Part shown: positions 44,849 through 59,967 of the stretch, in pieces | How the letters are laid out: each line of letters starts with the position of its first letter | Position numbering within the stretch: the first letter of the stretch is position 1 | From: Octopus vulgaris | Lineage: Eukaryota | Reading direction: 5' to 3' | NCBI GenBank assembly: GCA_951406725.2 | Contig: OX597814.1 | Coordinates: forward strand, 58,280,001-58,344,000 | DNA: 64,000 nt | Notes under the pieces: generated by a model | What the model saw: only the letters and a program-made list of their open reading frames with translations | What the model was told of the DNA's origin: nothing | The model's database searches: none | Translations under genes and position numbers: made by a program

Positions 44849-44944
44849 AAAAAAAGGTTTGAAAATGCAATTTAAACAATGTTTATTTACTTAACCGGTT
44901 TCACTCTTTGGTAAAAGATTGTCAAAAGTTACATTTAAGGAAAC

Positions 44945-45175
44945 ATTGAATAATATGGGTTCAAAAAAGTTTTTTACATAATTGTCACATTGAATATTAT
45001 GCATTCAAAAAAGTTTTTTACATAATTGTCACATTGGATATTATGGGTTCAAAAAAGTTTTTTACATAATTGTCACATTGAATATTATGCATTCAAAAAA
45101 GTTTTTTACATAATTGTCACATTGGATATTATGAATTCAAAAATGTTTTTTTATACATAATTGTCACATTACATG
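44945..45175. repeat. ~5 x 44-bp minisatellite in the PLE 3' UTR (mirror at ~47680..47910)
   Basis: ttcaaaaaagttttttacataattgtcacattg(a/g)atattatg.. units at ~44960, 45004, 45048, 45092 and 45137. Confidence 0.9.
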
Positions 45176-45787
45176 TATAAATATAGTGTTTGGTAACAGA
45201 GAAGTTCAATAGTATGATGAGAATATTTGGGAAAATTTGGCAGAAAAGGATAAAACAAATATATTATTGGGAATTGGTTGCGTTAATTATTGGTTGTCGC
45301 AAATTGTCACATTACATGTATATATATACAATCTTTGGTATATATATACAGCGTTTTGACAGCAAAAATTAAAATGGATTTTTTGTACATCTCAGAATAT
45401 TTTAAGTATGTTTTTACTGACCTGTCAGTATTAGCAGAAAGGCTGAACTGAGAGAACAGAAGAAGTAGCCAATGTGGTGTATACTTCCCCTTTATGCATG
45501 AATGATTTTGGGGTTATCAGGAGGTTAGTATGCGGGTGTGAATAGATGTGTCCGTGCCTGCTGGTCAGACAGCGTCTGTTTGTCACACACATATATATAC
45601 ACACAAACACACACACACACAACAACACACACACACACACACATAGTATACAAACACACACCACATACAAACAACACACACACACACAGAACACACACAC
45701 CCACACACAACGCACCCACATATATCACATATACACACAGCACACAAATATAACATGTATCTATATATAACATACACAGATATATAA

Positions 45788-45834
<47 letters not shown>

Positions 45835-46634
45835 CACACGCACACATACATACATAATATAAATATCACACAAATACACCTAGCATATATATACACACAT
45901 ACAATACACACATACAGCATGTAAGTAATATACATACACAATATATGCATGCAATATACATACGCAATACATACATATAATATATATATATATAGACAAT
46001 GCATATACATATATACACATATACATATAAATAGTGTTTACATACACATACATAGATGTACCACATATACACACAACACACATACATACAATGCATACAC
46101 ATACACGTACGCATACATATAATATATATATACACACACACACACATAACATACATACACACACAATGCATACATATATATACACGCAATGCATATACAT
46201 GTATTCATGCACATATAGCACACCTACAATATACATATATACAGTGCACACATACACACAAATATATACACTTAATTGTACACGTACATATACAATACAC
46301 ATACATACAATATACATATACACAATGCGCATGCAGATAATGTACATGTTTATACACACATAAACATGCAAATAAATATACACACACACATATACACACA
46401 CACACATATATATACACATATATATATATATACACACATACATACATACATACATGCACATACATATATTTTTTCACACACATACACACACATATATATA
46501 TATAAAAAATTCCCCCCCCCACACACACAAATTACAAACCTATAGCGTACACACTCAAATATATCTCTACATGCCGCACACACACACAAACAAAGTACTA
46601 ACATATACACACATACCATGCATATACACACACA

Positions 46635-46680
<46 letters not shown>

Positions 46681-47067
46681 AGATACATATGTAAATACAT
46701 ACACACGTACACAATGCTCACACACACACACACACACATACACACACACCCGCACACAGTGCACACACACACACACACATATATACACACGTGCACACAC
46801 ACACACACATACAACGCGCGCACACACACATATACACACACACGCACACAGTGCACACACACACACACACACACACACACAACACTCACACACATACATC
46901 ACCTACATATATATAATGCATGCGTGTGCATGCCACGTATGTGTGCGGTCAATGCCCGCTAGTGTGTCCTATGCGTGCCGATGCGCGCATGTGCCCGCCC
47001 GCACGATATGCTGTGAGCGTGCGCGCGTCCCTGTGTGCTTGCTCTGGTTGTGCTTCCAGGGGGTATG

Positions 47068-47241
47068 TTAGAGTATGTTTAGTTGTGGTCTGTATTTTTG
47101 AATAAGATTACTTTCCTTATTTATTCGTGTTTGGTCTGTGGTGTTGTCCGAGCATTGGTATAGTGGGAAGACTAAGAATTTGGGGGACTTATTGTGTGCA
47201 CAAAGGTCTAAGTGTCCACTTAGTGGTATCTGTCTTGTGGA
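47068..47241 (-). pseudogene. PLE GIY-YIG endonuclease C-terminal fragment
   Basis: STRQIPLSGHLDLCAHNKSPKFLVFPLYQCSDNTTDQTRINKESNLIQKYRPQLNIL*, homologous to the tail of 391..1256. The upstream part RDRMTVHRQQLRDPSTRQIPLSGHL lies on the + strand at 47243..47338. Confidence 0.85.
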
Positions 47242-47925
47242 GACAGATGGAGACAGATCTGTCAGAGACAGAATGACAGTTCACCGACAACAACTGAGGG
47301 ACCCCTCCACAAGACAGATACCACTAAGTGGACACTTAACCCCAAAATCATTCATGCATAAAGGGGAAGTATACACCACATTGGCTACTTCTTCTGTTCT
47401 CTCAGTTCAGCCTTTCTGCTAATACTGACAGGTCAGTAAAAACATACTTAAAATATTCTGAGATGTACAAAAAATCCATTTTAATTTTTGCTGTCAAAAC
47501 GCTGTATATATATACCAAAGATTGTATATATATACATGTAATGTGACAATTTGCGACAACCAATAATTAACGCAACCAATTCCCAATAATATATTTGTTT
47601 TATCCTTTTCTGCCAAATTTTCCCAAATATTCTCATCACACTATTGAACTTCTCTGTTACCAAACACTATATTTATACATGTAATGTGACAATTATGTAT
47701 AAAAAAACATTTTTGAATTCATAATATCCAATGTGACAATTATGTAAAAAACTTTTTTGAATGCATAATATTCAATGTGACAATTATGTAAAAAACTTTT
47801 TTTGAACCCATAATATCCAATGTGACAATTATGTAAAAAACTTTTTTGAATGCATAATATTCAATGTGACAATTATGTAAAAAACTTTTTTTGAACCCAT
47901 ATTATTCAATGTTTCCTTAAATGTA

Positions 47926-47966
47926 ACTTTTGACAATCTTTTACCAAAGAGTGAAACCGGTTAAGT
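47926..47966 (+). ncRNA. Hammerhead-like motif, U3/A8 variant (mirror at 44889..44929 on the minus strand)
   Basis: actt-TTGACAA-tcttt(tacc)aaaga-gt-GAAA-C-CG-GTT-aagt; two unpaired nucleotides at the base of stem II. Confidence 0.55.
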
Positions 47967-48075
47967 AAATAAACATTGTTTAAATTGCATTTTCAAACCT
48001 TTTTTCTTATATAATCCCACTCGTGCGATACCCCACAACTCAACTTTTTAATATATATATATATATATATACATA

Positions 48076-48107
<32 letters not shown>

Positions 48108-48682
48108 CGATTGGCTTATTTAAGTTTCCATCTGCCAAATCCACTCGAAGCTATAGTAGAAGAAATAAGGTACTCAGAAATGTGGATGCTTTTATATTTA
48201 CAGATTTTTTTTATATGTCACATGTTTTTATAAATTATATATTAGCGCTTGTATCTAATCTAGTAGACTCTTTAGATTTGATTGTGGTTGAGAGGATTCC
48301 TCTCTTTTTCATAGTATTATAAAGTGCGTGAGGTTGAGGAGAGATATAGGATAGTAAAATAGGGTGAGGAATGGGGAGAAAGTGAGACAGTGTGTGTGTT
48401 TTTTTTGTGTGTGTATGTGTGTGTGTATGTGTCTGTGTATCTGAAAGGGGTGTCAATGGAAAAGTGAAGGAACGAAAGAAGGAAGAGAGAAAGAATACAA
48501 AATTTGTTTACATCTTTACAGGTGGTGAGTTCCTTCAATAGAAAGTGATGAGTTGATTCTAGGCCTTTAAAAAGTGGTAAAATCAGGGGGCCACTCCGGG
48601 GAAGGTCTTGATAAAAGTTATTTAATATCATCATCATCATCATTCTCCTGCGAGAGAGAGTGTGTGTGTTTTATGTATGTGT

Positions 48683-48782
48683 NNNNNNNNNNNNNNNNNN
48701 NNNNNNNNNNNNNNNNNNNNNNNNNNNNNNNNNNNNNNNNNNNNNNNNNNNNNNNNNNNNNNNNNNNNNNNNNNNNNNNNNN
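48683..48782. other. Assembly gap (100 N)
   Basis: Run of n. Confidence 1.
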
Positions 48783-52049
<3,267 letters not shown>

Positions 52050-52249
52050 GCCTGTATGTGTGCGCTTTACCATTTTAAAGGTCAAGAATCAGCTCATCAC
52101 TTTCTATTGAAAGAACTCACCACCTGTAAAGATGTGAACAATTGTTTTCTTCTTTCTCTCTTCCTTCTTTCTTTCCTTCTCTTTTCCATTGACACTTCTT
52201 TCAGATACACAGACACAGACACAAATACACACACACACACACACACACA

Positions 52250-52286
<37 letters not shown>

Positions 52287-52559
52287 TTCCAATTCCTCAC
52301 CTTTTTACTATCCTATATCTCTCGCCAGAGGAATCATCTCAAATACAATCAAATCTGAAGAGTATACTACAGTAGATGCAAGCACTTATATATGATTTAT
52401 AAAAACATATGACATATTAATAAACATCTGTAAATATATAAGGAACCAGATTTCTGAGTACCTTATTTCTTCTAATATATGTATATGTGTGTGTGTGTGT
52501 ATACATATATATATATATGTATATATGTGTGTGTGTATACATATATGTGTATACACATA

Positions 52560-52740
52560 TAACGTGACACAGAGCGTGTCAAGGTCGACCCTTTGAAATA
52601 CAGATACAACTCATTTTTGCCAGCTGAGTGGACTAGAGCAACGTGAAATAAAGTGTCTTGCTCAAGAACACAACGGGTCGGCAAGAATCGAACTAACGAC
52701 CATACAATCGTGAGCCGAATGCCCTAACCACTCAGCCTTC
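52560..52740 (-). mobile_element. SINE family B
   Basis: Same conserved block as 21110..21310. Confidence 0.75.
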
Positions 52741-52746
52741 AATTTA

Positions 52747-52804
<58 letters not shown>

Positions 52805-52879
52805 CATATATATATATCTATGTATGTATATACATACATACGTACAATTTGAATGCTCTAGAAGAGCATTCAAATTGTC

Positions 52880-54853
52880 GGTAGCTACGTGTTCCTTGGA
52901 AATACCATCAACGGAAGGAAAGAAAGAACAAAGGAAATTTCGAAAGAAGTAATATTTTCATGGCAAAACAATTAAATTTCCCATATGTATCAATTCAAAA
53001 TGTACAAGCAAATGTAGAAAAAGTGCTGAATACCTAAGATGAATGATTAAAACGAAGAAAATACGATTCATTGAAAAGAATATTTGACATCACAAAGGAA
53101 AACGGTGAATGGTTGTGCAGTGAGGATGAAAGGTTATATTATCTTCAAATTGAAAGGAAAGGGCAGTTTGGGTATGAAACTGGAAATGCAGCCAGTTCCA
53201 AAACTCTCCATCCAAAAGAAGAAACGTGCCCTTAATGCCAACTTCAACCAGATCAACTCTAATGTCATCGTGAGCGTCTGAAGCAGAGACTGAAAGTGAA
53301 TATCAAGAATCCGAAAAATCAGATGAAGAATCCACACAAACAAGGAGGAAGTATAGCAAAACAGGAACTGCAACCAAGTTACCAATATCTTCCAAGATAT
53401 CAACCCACAAAGAGCAACAGTTTGTCGACAATTATCTCAAGATGGAATCGATGTCGAGACTGCTTCCCAATCTGGTAGTTACAGATGGATTATCAAAGAA
53501 GCTATTAAACTAAAACAGAAAATGAAGAACACACTACATTTAGAAAACTGATCATTGAATTTTGATGGTAAACGTATTGATGACCAAGAATACCAAGCGC
53601 TAGATTTAAAGAATGAACAGTGAGAAGTTAAATTTAGAAGCACTCCATCTACGAAACGGAAAAGCCAATACTGTCGTGAAAGGAATAACAACAGTTTTAG
53701 ATGAATAAAATTTAGGGATCTGCATAAAGATAACTGTCGCTGATCCAATGTGTGTGAACACTGGGAAAAGAAATGGCATTGTCATTCAGTTGCAAAAGGA
53801 TTTGAAAGAACTGCAATTTATTGGTTGTCAGCATCATATCCTCGATAGATTTCTACGTGTTGTAATGGATAACGAACTTCAAGAAAAAAAAACATCAGCT
53901 CCCAATATTGAATATACATTAATCTTAGAGCTTCTCAGCAATTACGAGAAGCTCCAGGCTAATGTTAAGAAAAGTGAAGAAAAGATTACTCAAGCAGCAG
54001 AATAGCACGATGACATGAAACTTCTAATTCATTTGAGCAGAGATTTTCGTTTCTTTGAAGAAACTGGCAAATTTCCTACTGTAAAGTTTCAAAAAACACC
54101 CAACTTAAGTAATGCAAGATGGAATTCTCGAGCTATACTAGCTCTTTTGGCATTTATTCCTCTACCAGGTAAAAGAGATTCACTTCTAAATGTTTGTCGA
54201 TTTTGAGGCAGATTGTTGGTTTACTAACCATATATTCGATGCACATGATTGTCAGAAGTTAAGTGGTAGCCTGCAAGTTCATAAAATAGCATTGAGCAGG
54301 AAATTCCGAGAACAAATCAGAGTACAGAACGAGCAATCAAATGCATTGAAGATCTTTATGAAGCTTTTAAACAGAAGGAGACACTTCAGCGTCGATGTAT
54401 TTTATCCAATAAAACACATTAATTCTTTGTTTGCAAACATTCAGCACACTTTCTCATATATAGTTATTTAATATTGGAATTAACCTATAAAACCTATAAA
54501 GATTAAAACATGTATTATTTTTAATTGTGTATGTTATCCAATGATTGCAGTGGTCTCTCTCTTAAAATAACATAGTTTTGAGCCTTTGCATAGAGCAATT
54601 TCAATTCAGTAATCGTAAAAATGTATAAATGCACTTGGATTCCACATCTCTCTTGCATTTACAACGATTTAGGCTGCGGAAATACTGAAGTGAGAAGCTA
54701 GTGCTACTTAATGATTATAGTTTAAAAAGCCCATAACTCTGAAACTCCTTCAACTAGAAAGTTGAAATTTCAGATATATTATTTCTGCATCGTCTTAATT
54801 CAGCATACCGATTTTGGTGAAAACATGAGCATGCGTTATTAACCCGCACCCTA
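52880..54853 (+). mobile_element. Decayed hAT-superfamily (hATm-like) transposon, 5' end missing
   Basis: FDGKRI, VNTGKRNGIV, FIGCQHHILD (CxxH) and SNARWNSRAI motifs across broken ORFs; 3' terminus ...CACCCTA. Confidence 0.75.
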
Positions 54854-55038
54854 GAATTTTGCATGATTTGGGACAAAAGCGGGGATCAATTTCTTCAGTT
54901 GGGGCTTACATTTTTTCAAATAAATTATTCATCGAATTTCACTATAGGGGTATTAAATTGGGAAAAAGTTATAACCTTATATGTATATATATATATGTGT
55001 GTGTGTATGCAAAATACATCTATATTTATATATATATG

Positions 55039-55174
<136 letters not shown>

Positions 55175-55274
55175 AAGTTAATCCAAACAAGAAAGCACAA
55201 AAAAACACAACAACGCAAGGACGTGAAACAAATATAATATTATTGGACGCTCAGGAAAGAAGGAGAGAAGGAGG

Positions 55275-55309
55275 GTTTAACGTTTCGAGCAGAGCTCTTC
55301 GTCGGAAAC
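55275..55309 (-). ncRNA. Minimal hammerhead-like motif (U4C variant)
   Basis: gttt-CCGACGA-a-gagc(tct)gctc-GAAA-CG-TT-aaac inside a ~220-bp element bounded by (TA)n. Confidence 0.6.
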
Positions 55310-55388
55310 ATAGGAGAAGGAAAGATACAGAGAAGAGAAGACAGAAGAAAAAAAATCGCCAACGGTACACACGAGGTCACATTTTGAA

Positions 55389-55421
<33 letters not shown>

Positions 55422-55463
55422 TAAACATATAAATATATGAATATATATATATATATATATATA

Positions 55464-56985
55464 CAAGTGTGTGACAAAATAATGGAAACACCTAGAATCA
55501 TAGCATCATAATTTTGAAATTCTTTCTTTTATTCTTTCTTTATTCTTTTATTTGTTGCAGTCATTTGACTGCGGCCATACTGGACCAACACCTTTAGTTG
55601 AGCAAATCGACCCCAGGACTTATTCTTTGTAAGCCGAGTACTTATTCTACCTATTTCTCTTGTCGAACCGCTTCTTTCAGTTTCCGTCTGCTAAATCCAC
55701 TTACAAGGCTTTTGTCGGCCTGAGGCTATCGTAGAAGACACATGCCCAAGGTGTCACGCAGTGGGACTGAACCCGGAACCATGTGTTTGGTAAGCAAGCT
55801 ACTTACCACACAGCCACTCCTGCGCCTATATTTATAATATCTATAAAATCTTCAAAAGCTTGTTTAGTTTTATATTTTTTGGTTCATTATTAGTGTTGCT
55901 TAATTTGTTTTGCTAAAATTGCTGTTTCTTTTCAGATATCATCAGAAAAGGTAATTAATTTTCATTAAAATAACAGATCTATCGGCCTTTCAAAGAGGTC
56001 AAATTGTTGGTGCTGATAAGGCAGGCGCTAGTAGAATGAAAACAGATGAAATGTTTAGTGCATCAAGACGTACTGTCTCAAAAGTAATGACAGTCTTTCA
56101 CAAAGAGGGTCAAACCTCCTTGTCGCAACAAAACTCCGGAAGAAAGCCAGAACTTTCAGATAGGAACCGTCGGATTCTTACGCGAATTGTTAGAAAGGAT
56201 CACAAAAGTACAGCTCCCAAAATTGCTGCAGAGCTTAATTACTATCTCGGGAACCCAGTTTCCACAAACCTCTACGCTAGGGGCTGCACAAAGCCGGATT
56301 TCACAGGAGGGCTGCGATCAGAATACTACTACTTTCAAAAACAAACGTTGCAAAGAGTTTACAGTGGAGTAAAAACCTACATAATTGGCCCCTAGAGTAG
56401 TGGAAGAATGTTATTTTCTCGGATGAATCATCCTTTACCTTATTACCGACCACCGGCCTAGTATACGTGTGGAGACAGCCAAAAGAAGCATTTGACCCAG
56501 ACTTCTTTCTTCCAACTGTTAAACATAGACGAGGATATGTGATGATCTGGGGCGCTATATCTTGGAATTCCGCCGACTCAATGGTTTCCCTTCATGGCAG
56601 AATTAATAGTCAAGTCTATTTAAGCATTTTATCTGATCAAATTTATCCTATGGTTCGGAAACTGTTTCCGGAGAGAAGCACAATCACTCAGGACGATAAT
56701 GCACCAATTCACACTGCTAAAGTTGTTATTGAATGGCACGAGGAACATTCTTGTGAGGTTGAACATCTTATTTGGCCACCACACTCCCCAGATCTCAATA
56801 TTATTGAACATTTATGGCGCATTTTAGAAAAACGAGTAAGGAGTCGATATCATCCACTATTATCACTACAAGATCTGGAGACAGTTTCAGCTGAAGATCT
56901 CCTTTGGAAACAATTCAAACTTTGTATGATTCCATACCTCATATAATTCAAGCTGTAATTACTGCCAAAAGTGGTCCTACCGAAT
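55464..56985 (+). mobile_element. Tc1-like transposon, decayed, right TIR missing, with a SINE nested in its 5' UTR
   Basis: TA|CAAGTGTGTGACAAAATAATGGAAACACC left end; DLSAFQRGQIVGA, SGRKP.LSDR, VIFSDESSF, QDDNAPIH and WPPHSPDLNIIEHLW motifs; stops and frameshifts. Confidence 0.92.
55540..55830 (-). mobile_element. SINE family A with internal deletion, nested in the Tc1 element
   Basis: Head cacacagccactcctgcgccta and tail match 8473..8892; the central microsatellite region is missing. Confidence 0.85.
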
Positions 56986-57043
56986 ATCTACCTTTATATA
57001 CATATATAGAGATATACATATGTCTATATAAATATATGCATAC

Positions 57044-57095
<52 letters not shown>

Positions 57096-57240
57096 CATAT
57101 ACATATACATAAATATATAAATAAATAAATATGTAACTATATATATACATAAATATATACACAAATAAATATATAAATATATAAATATATAGATAAATAT
57201 ATATATATATATATTTATAAATATATAAATAAATAAATAA

Positions 57241-57309
<69 letters not shown>

Positions 57310-57368
57310 TTGAAATATTACAGTTCTAAATCTCTCAGAGAGATTTGTATAGTATCAGCACGATAAAA

Positions 57369-57508
57369 TGTGGTAGTCTCAGGGAAGGGGAACATGCTAC
57401 TGCTACTTAGCCCCAGGAAACACTGTTTCCAGTTGGGCAGCCAAATGGAAATGGTTTTTCCTGGGACCAAATAACAGTAGCATTTCCCCCTTTCCTGGGA
57501 CTACTACA
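57369..57508. repeat. Imperfect ~63-bp-arm inverted repeat between (TA)n arrays
   Basis: tgtggtagtctcagggaagggg..atgctactg...ccaggaaa versus tttcctgg...cagtagcat.tcccc.tttcctgggactactaca. Confidence 0.75.
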
Positions 57509-57644
57509 TTAAGTCGGCAACAAACCATCACTTGGTATATATATATATATATTTATATATATACTCATACATATTTACACCTCACATTAACTATTAACTC
57601 TATTGTACTTGTATTTGTTTATATATTATATATGAATATATATA

Positions 57645-58320
57645 CACGATGGCTGTCCCCTCGTTATCGAGTATGCCCATTGCACGAAGCTTAACTGTTT
57701 TTTGTGCTGTGATCGAATGTGCCTTTTTAGCCCAGCTAAAGATCTACAATGTCTTGTACAGTGTTGGCAGCTAAACCCTTGACCGGCTGGGGTTGTAATT
57801 GGGCTTCATATACCTTTCCATATCGTTTAAGTCCTCCTGCTGATTTACACTCTCTTCCACATGCCTGACAGATATTATTAGTATGGTGTTTAACACCACC
57901 ACCAGTGGCCAGGTTGTCACTCATCTGTCTCGCTTTATGACTACGAAAATGACTCTTGAGTCCAGATTTACTGAGGCAGAGTCTTGCACAGACATTGCAT
58001 GTCAACATTATGGGAAGACCCTTCCTATCTGGAAGTGTAACAGCAATGTCCTTCCTGACATCCCTCCTTACTTTCTCATGCGCAACTCGATATTTCTCAA
58101 AAGTAGCTGTCCCCTCGTGCAAATCCTTCTCCACCTGCTACGATCAATAGCTATGCCCTCCCATGTGTCAGGAGAGATGCAAGGATCTCTTAAAGAAGCC
58201 TTCAGCAAGACCTTATACCCCTTTTTGGTTGATGTAGAGGTCGTTCTCCTTTAGCTAACTCTCCAAAAACTAGTTGTTTTGGGATTCTTGAATCCTTCAT
58301 CCTGACCAGATGACCACTCC
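57645..58320 (-). mobile_element. RTE-clade LINE 3' fragment
   Basis: [33 protein letters not shown], then CNVCARLCLSKSGLKSHFRSH and CQACGRECKSAGGLKR zinc-finger motifs; short 3' UTR into TA repeats. Confidence 0.85.
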
Positions 58321-58375
58321 ATATAGATACATACATACATATATATATACATACATACATACATACATACATACT

Positions 58376-58510
<135 letters not shown>

Positions 58511-58887
58511 GTGCGTAGAAGGTAGAAAAGTCGATATGTATAAGGAAAATAAGACAAGGTAGAAAATGGTAAGATAATTTTATCATGAAATATATTTTAG
58601 TACCGAATTCCATCTTTAAGACATTTTCAACGGAGAGTAGAATAAGAAAAAATATTTAAATTGGAGAGAATATTTTGTAGGTATTCCCATTTTCCTTAAA
58701 TAGGTAAATATTTCGATAGTTTTCAGATAATCTGTCCCTCTTTCTATTCATTTGTGAATGCATCGTAGGTGGGTAGTAGTAATACATTGGGTACAGAGAA
58801 TTGATGGTTTAAGCAAGATCAGCCGAGGGAGGAGAAGGAGATAGAAAAGAAGAAGAAGAAGAAGAAGAAGAAGAAGAAGAAGAAGAA

Positions 58888-58919
<32 letters not shown>

Positions 58920-59404
58920 AGAAGAGGTGGAAGAAAAATAAGAAGGATGGTAGGGAGAAGGAGAGGAAGAAGAAGAAAGAATAGAACTAGAAATCTAAGA
59001 AGAGTAGGAGGCGGAGAAGCAGAAGATGGAGAAAGAGAAGTAGGAGTAGGGAAAGAAGAGAGAATAGGATAAAGAAGAAAAGAAAAAGAAAATACAGGAG
59101 TGCTGTGGCAAAGTAAATTGTTCGTGGAATCTTCTTTAATGGTCAAATGACCTAAAAGTGACCTGTTGTTGTCGTAGTTGTTTAGTTTAATCATTGTTTT
59201 AGGTGTTTAGTATTCTTAGTTATAGTATATCAAACAATGTGGCGTGCTGGCAAATTCGTTACTAGTGTCACTGTGCCGATAGTAGAATGATAATCATTTC
59301 ACTTTGTGATAGTTTGTGCTACAGACGTCCGTGTGTCTTTATATTATAGTAAACCCCATGGTCTGCACATATGTAGGTCTAATGTTAAGTTATAGACATA
59401 GTTA

Positions 59405-59610
59405 AGGCGGCGAGCATGCAGAATCGCTAGCATACCGGGAGAAATGCTTAGCGGTATTTCGTCCGTCTTCACGTTCTAAGTTCAAATTCTTTGCCTTTCA
59501 TCCTTTCGAGATCAATAAAATAGGTACCAGTTGAGGTTTGGGATCAATCTAATCGGCTAGTCCCTTCCTCCAAAATTGCTAGCTTTGTATCAAAATTAGA
59601 AATCAATTTT
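59405..59610 (+). mobile_element. SINE family C
   Basis: ggcggcgagc..gcagaatcg.tagc head, gttctaagttcaaattc B-box-like, tttgcctttcatcctttcg body; decayed minus-strand relatives near 18820..19010 and 27370..27720. Confidence 0.6.
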
Positions 59611-59649
59611 AGGTAATAGATATAATTTCATTCACACACACACACACAC

Positions 59650-59702
<53 letters not shown>

Positions 59703-59710
59703 TATATATC

Positions 59711-59865
59711 TGTAAAATAATATGTCACAGTTATTCGGTAGTCAAGATAAAACTCTGAGTTTCGGATGCCAGATAACCGAAGAGATGGTGGCGTGGATTT
59801 CCACCTCGGTATCCGAAACTCATTTTCATCTTGGCTACCGAATAATAGTCACATATTATTTTACA
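59711..59865. repeat. Fold-back (~60-bp arms) flanked by (TA)n, with a hammerhead-like core across the spacer and right arm; tail to ~59935
   Basis: 59711..59770 versus 59808..59865; CCGAAGA-gat-ggtgg/ccacc-atcc-GAAACTC at 59777..59821; the tail matches 29696..29760. Confidence 0.8.
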
Positions 59866-59933
59866 AATAAATTCCTCTATCTACATAATATTGAGGCCAC
59901 CTTCTTCCTTTTGTTATCTTACCGTTGTTACCA

Positions 59934-59967
<34 letters not shown>

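Larger units (their letters stand above)
44846..48050. mobile_element. Fold-back Penelope-like insertion (~3.2 kb) inside the internal (TA)n of a SINE
   Basis: Outer arms 44846..45516 / 47337..48008 and inner arms 47209..47242 / 47305..47338; GIY-YIG C-terminal coding sequence at the fold centre; absent from the second copy. Confidence 0.9.
42161..48682 (+). repeat. Duplicated segment, copy 1 (carries the PLE insertion)
   Basis: 42161..44845 plus 48051..48682 is nearly identical to 48783..52049; both copies end exactly at the N gap. Confidence 0.95.

Noticed and set aside
58595-58635. Further hammerhead-like traces here and near 24300 and 60135
   Set aside because: Too many core mismatches to support from single copies
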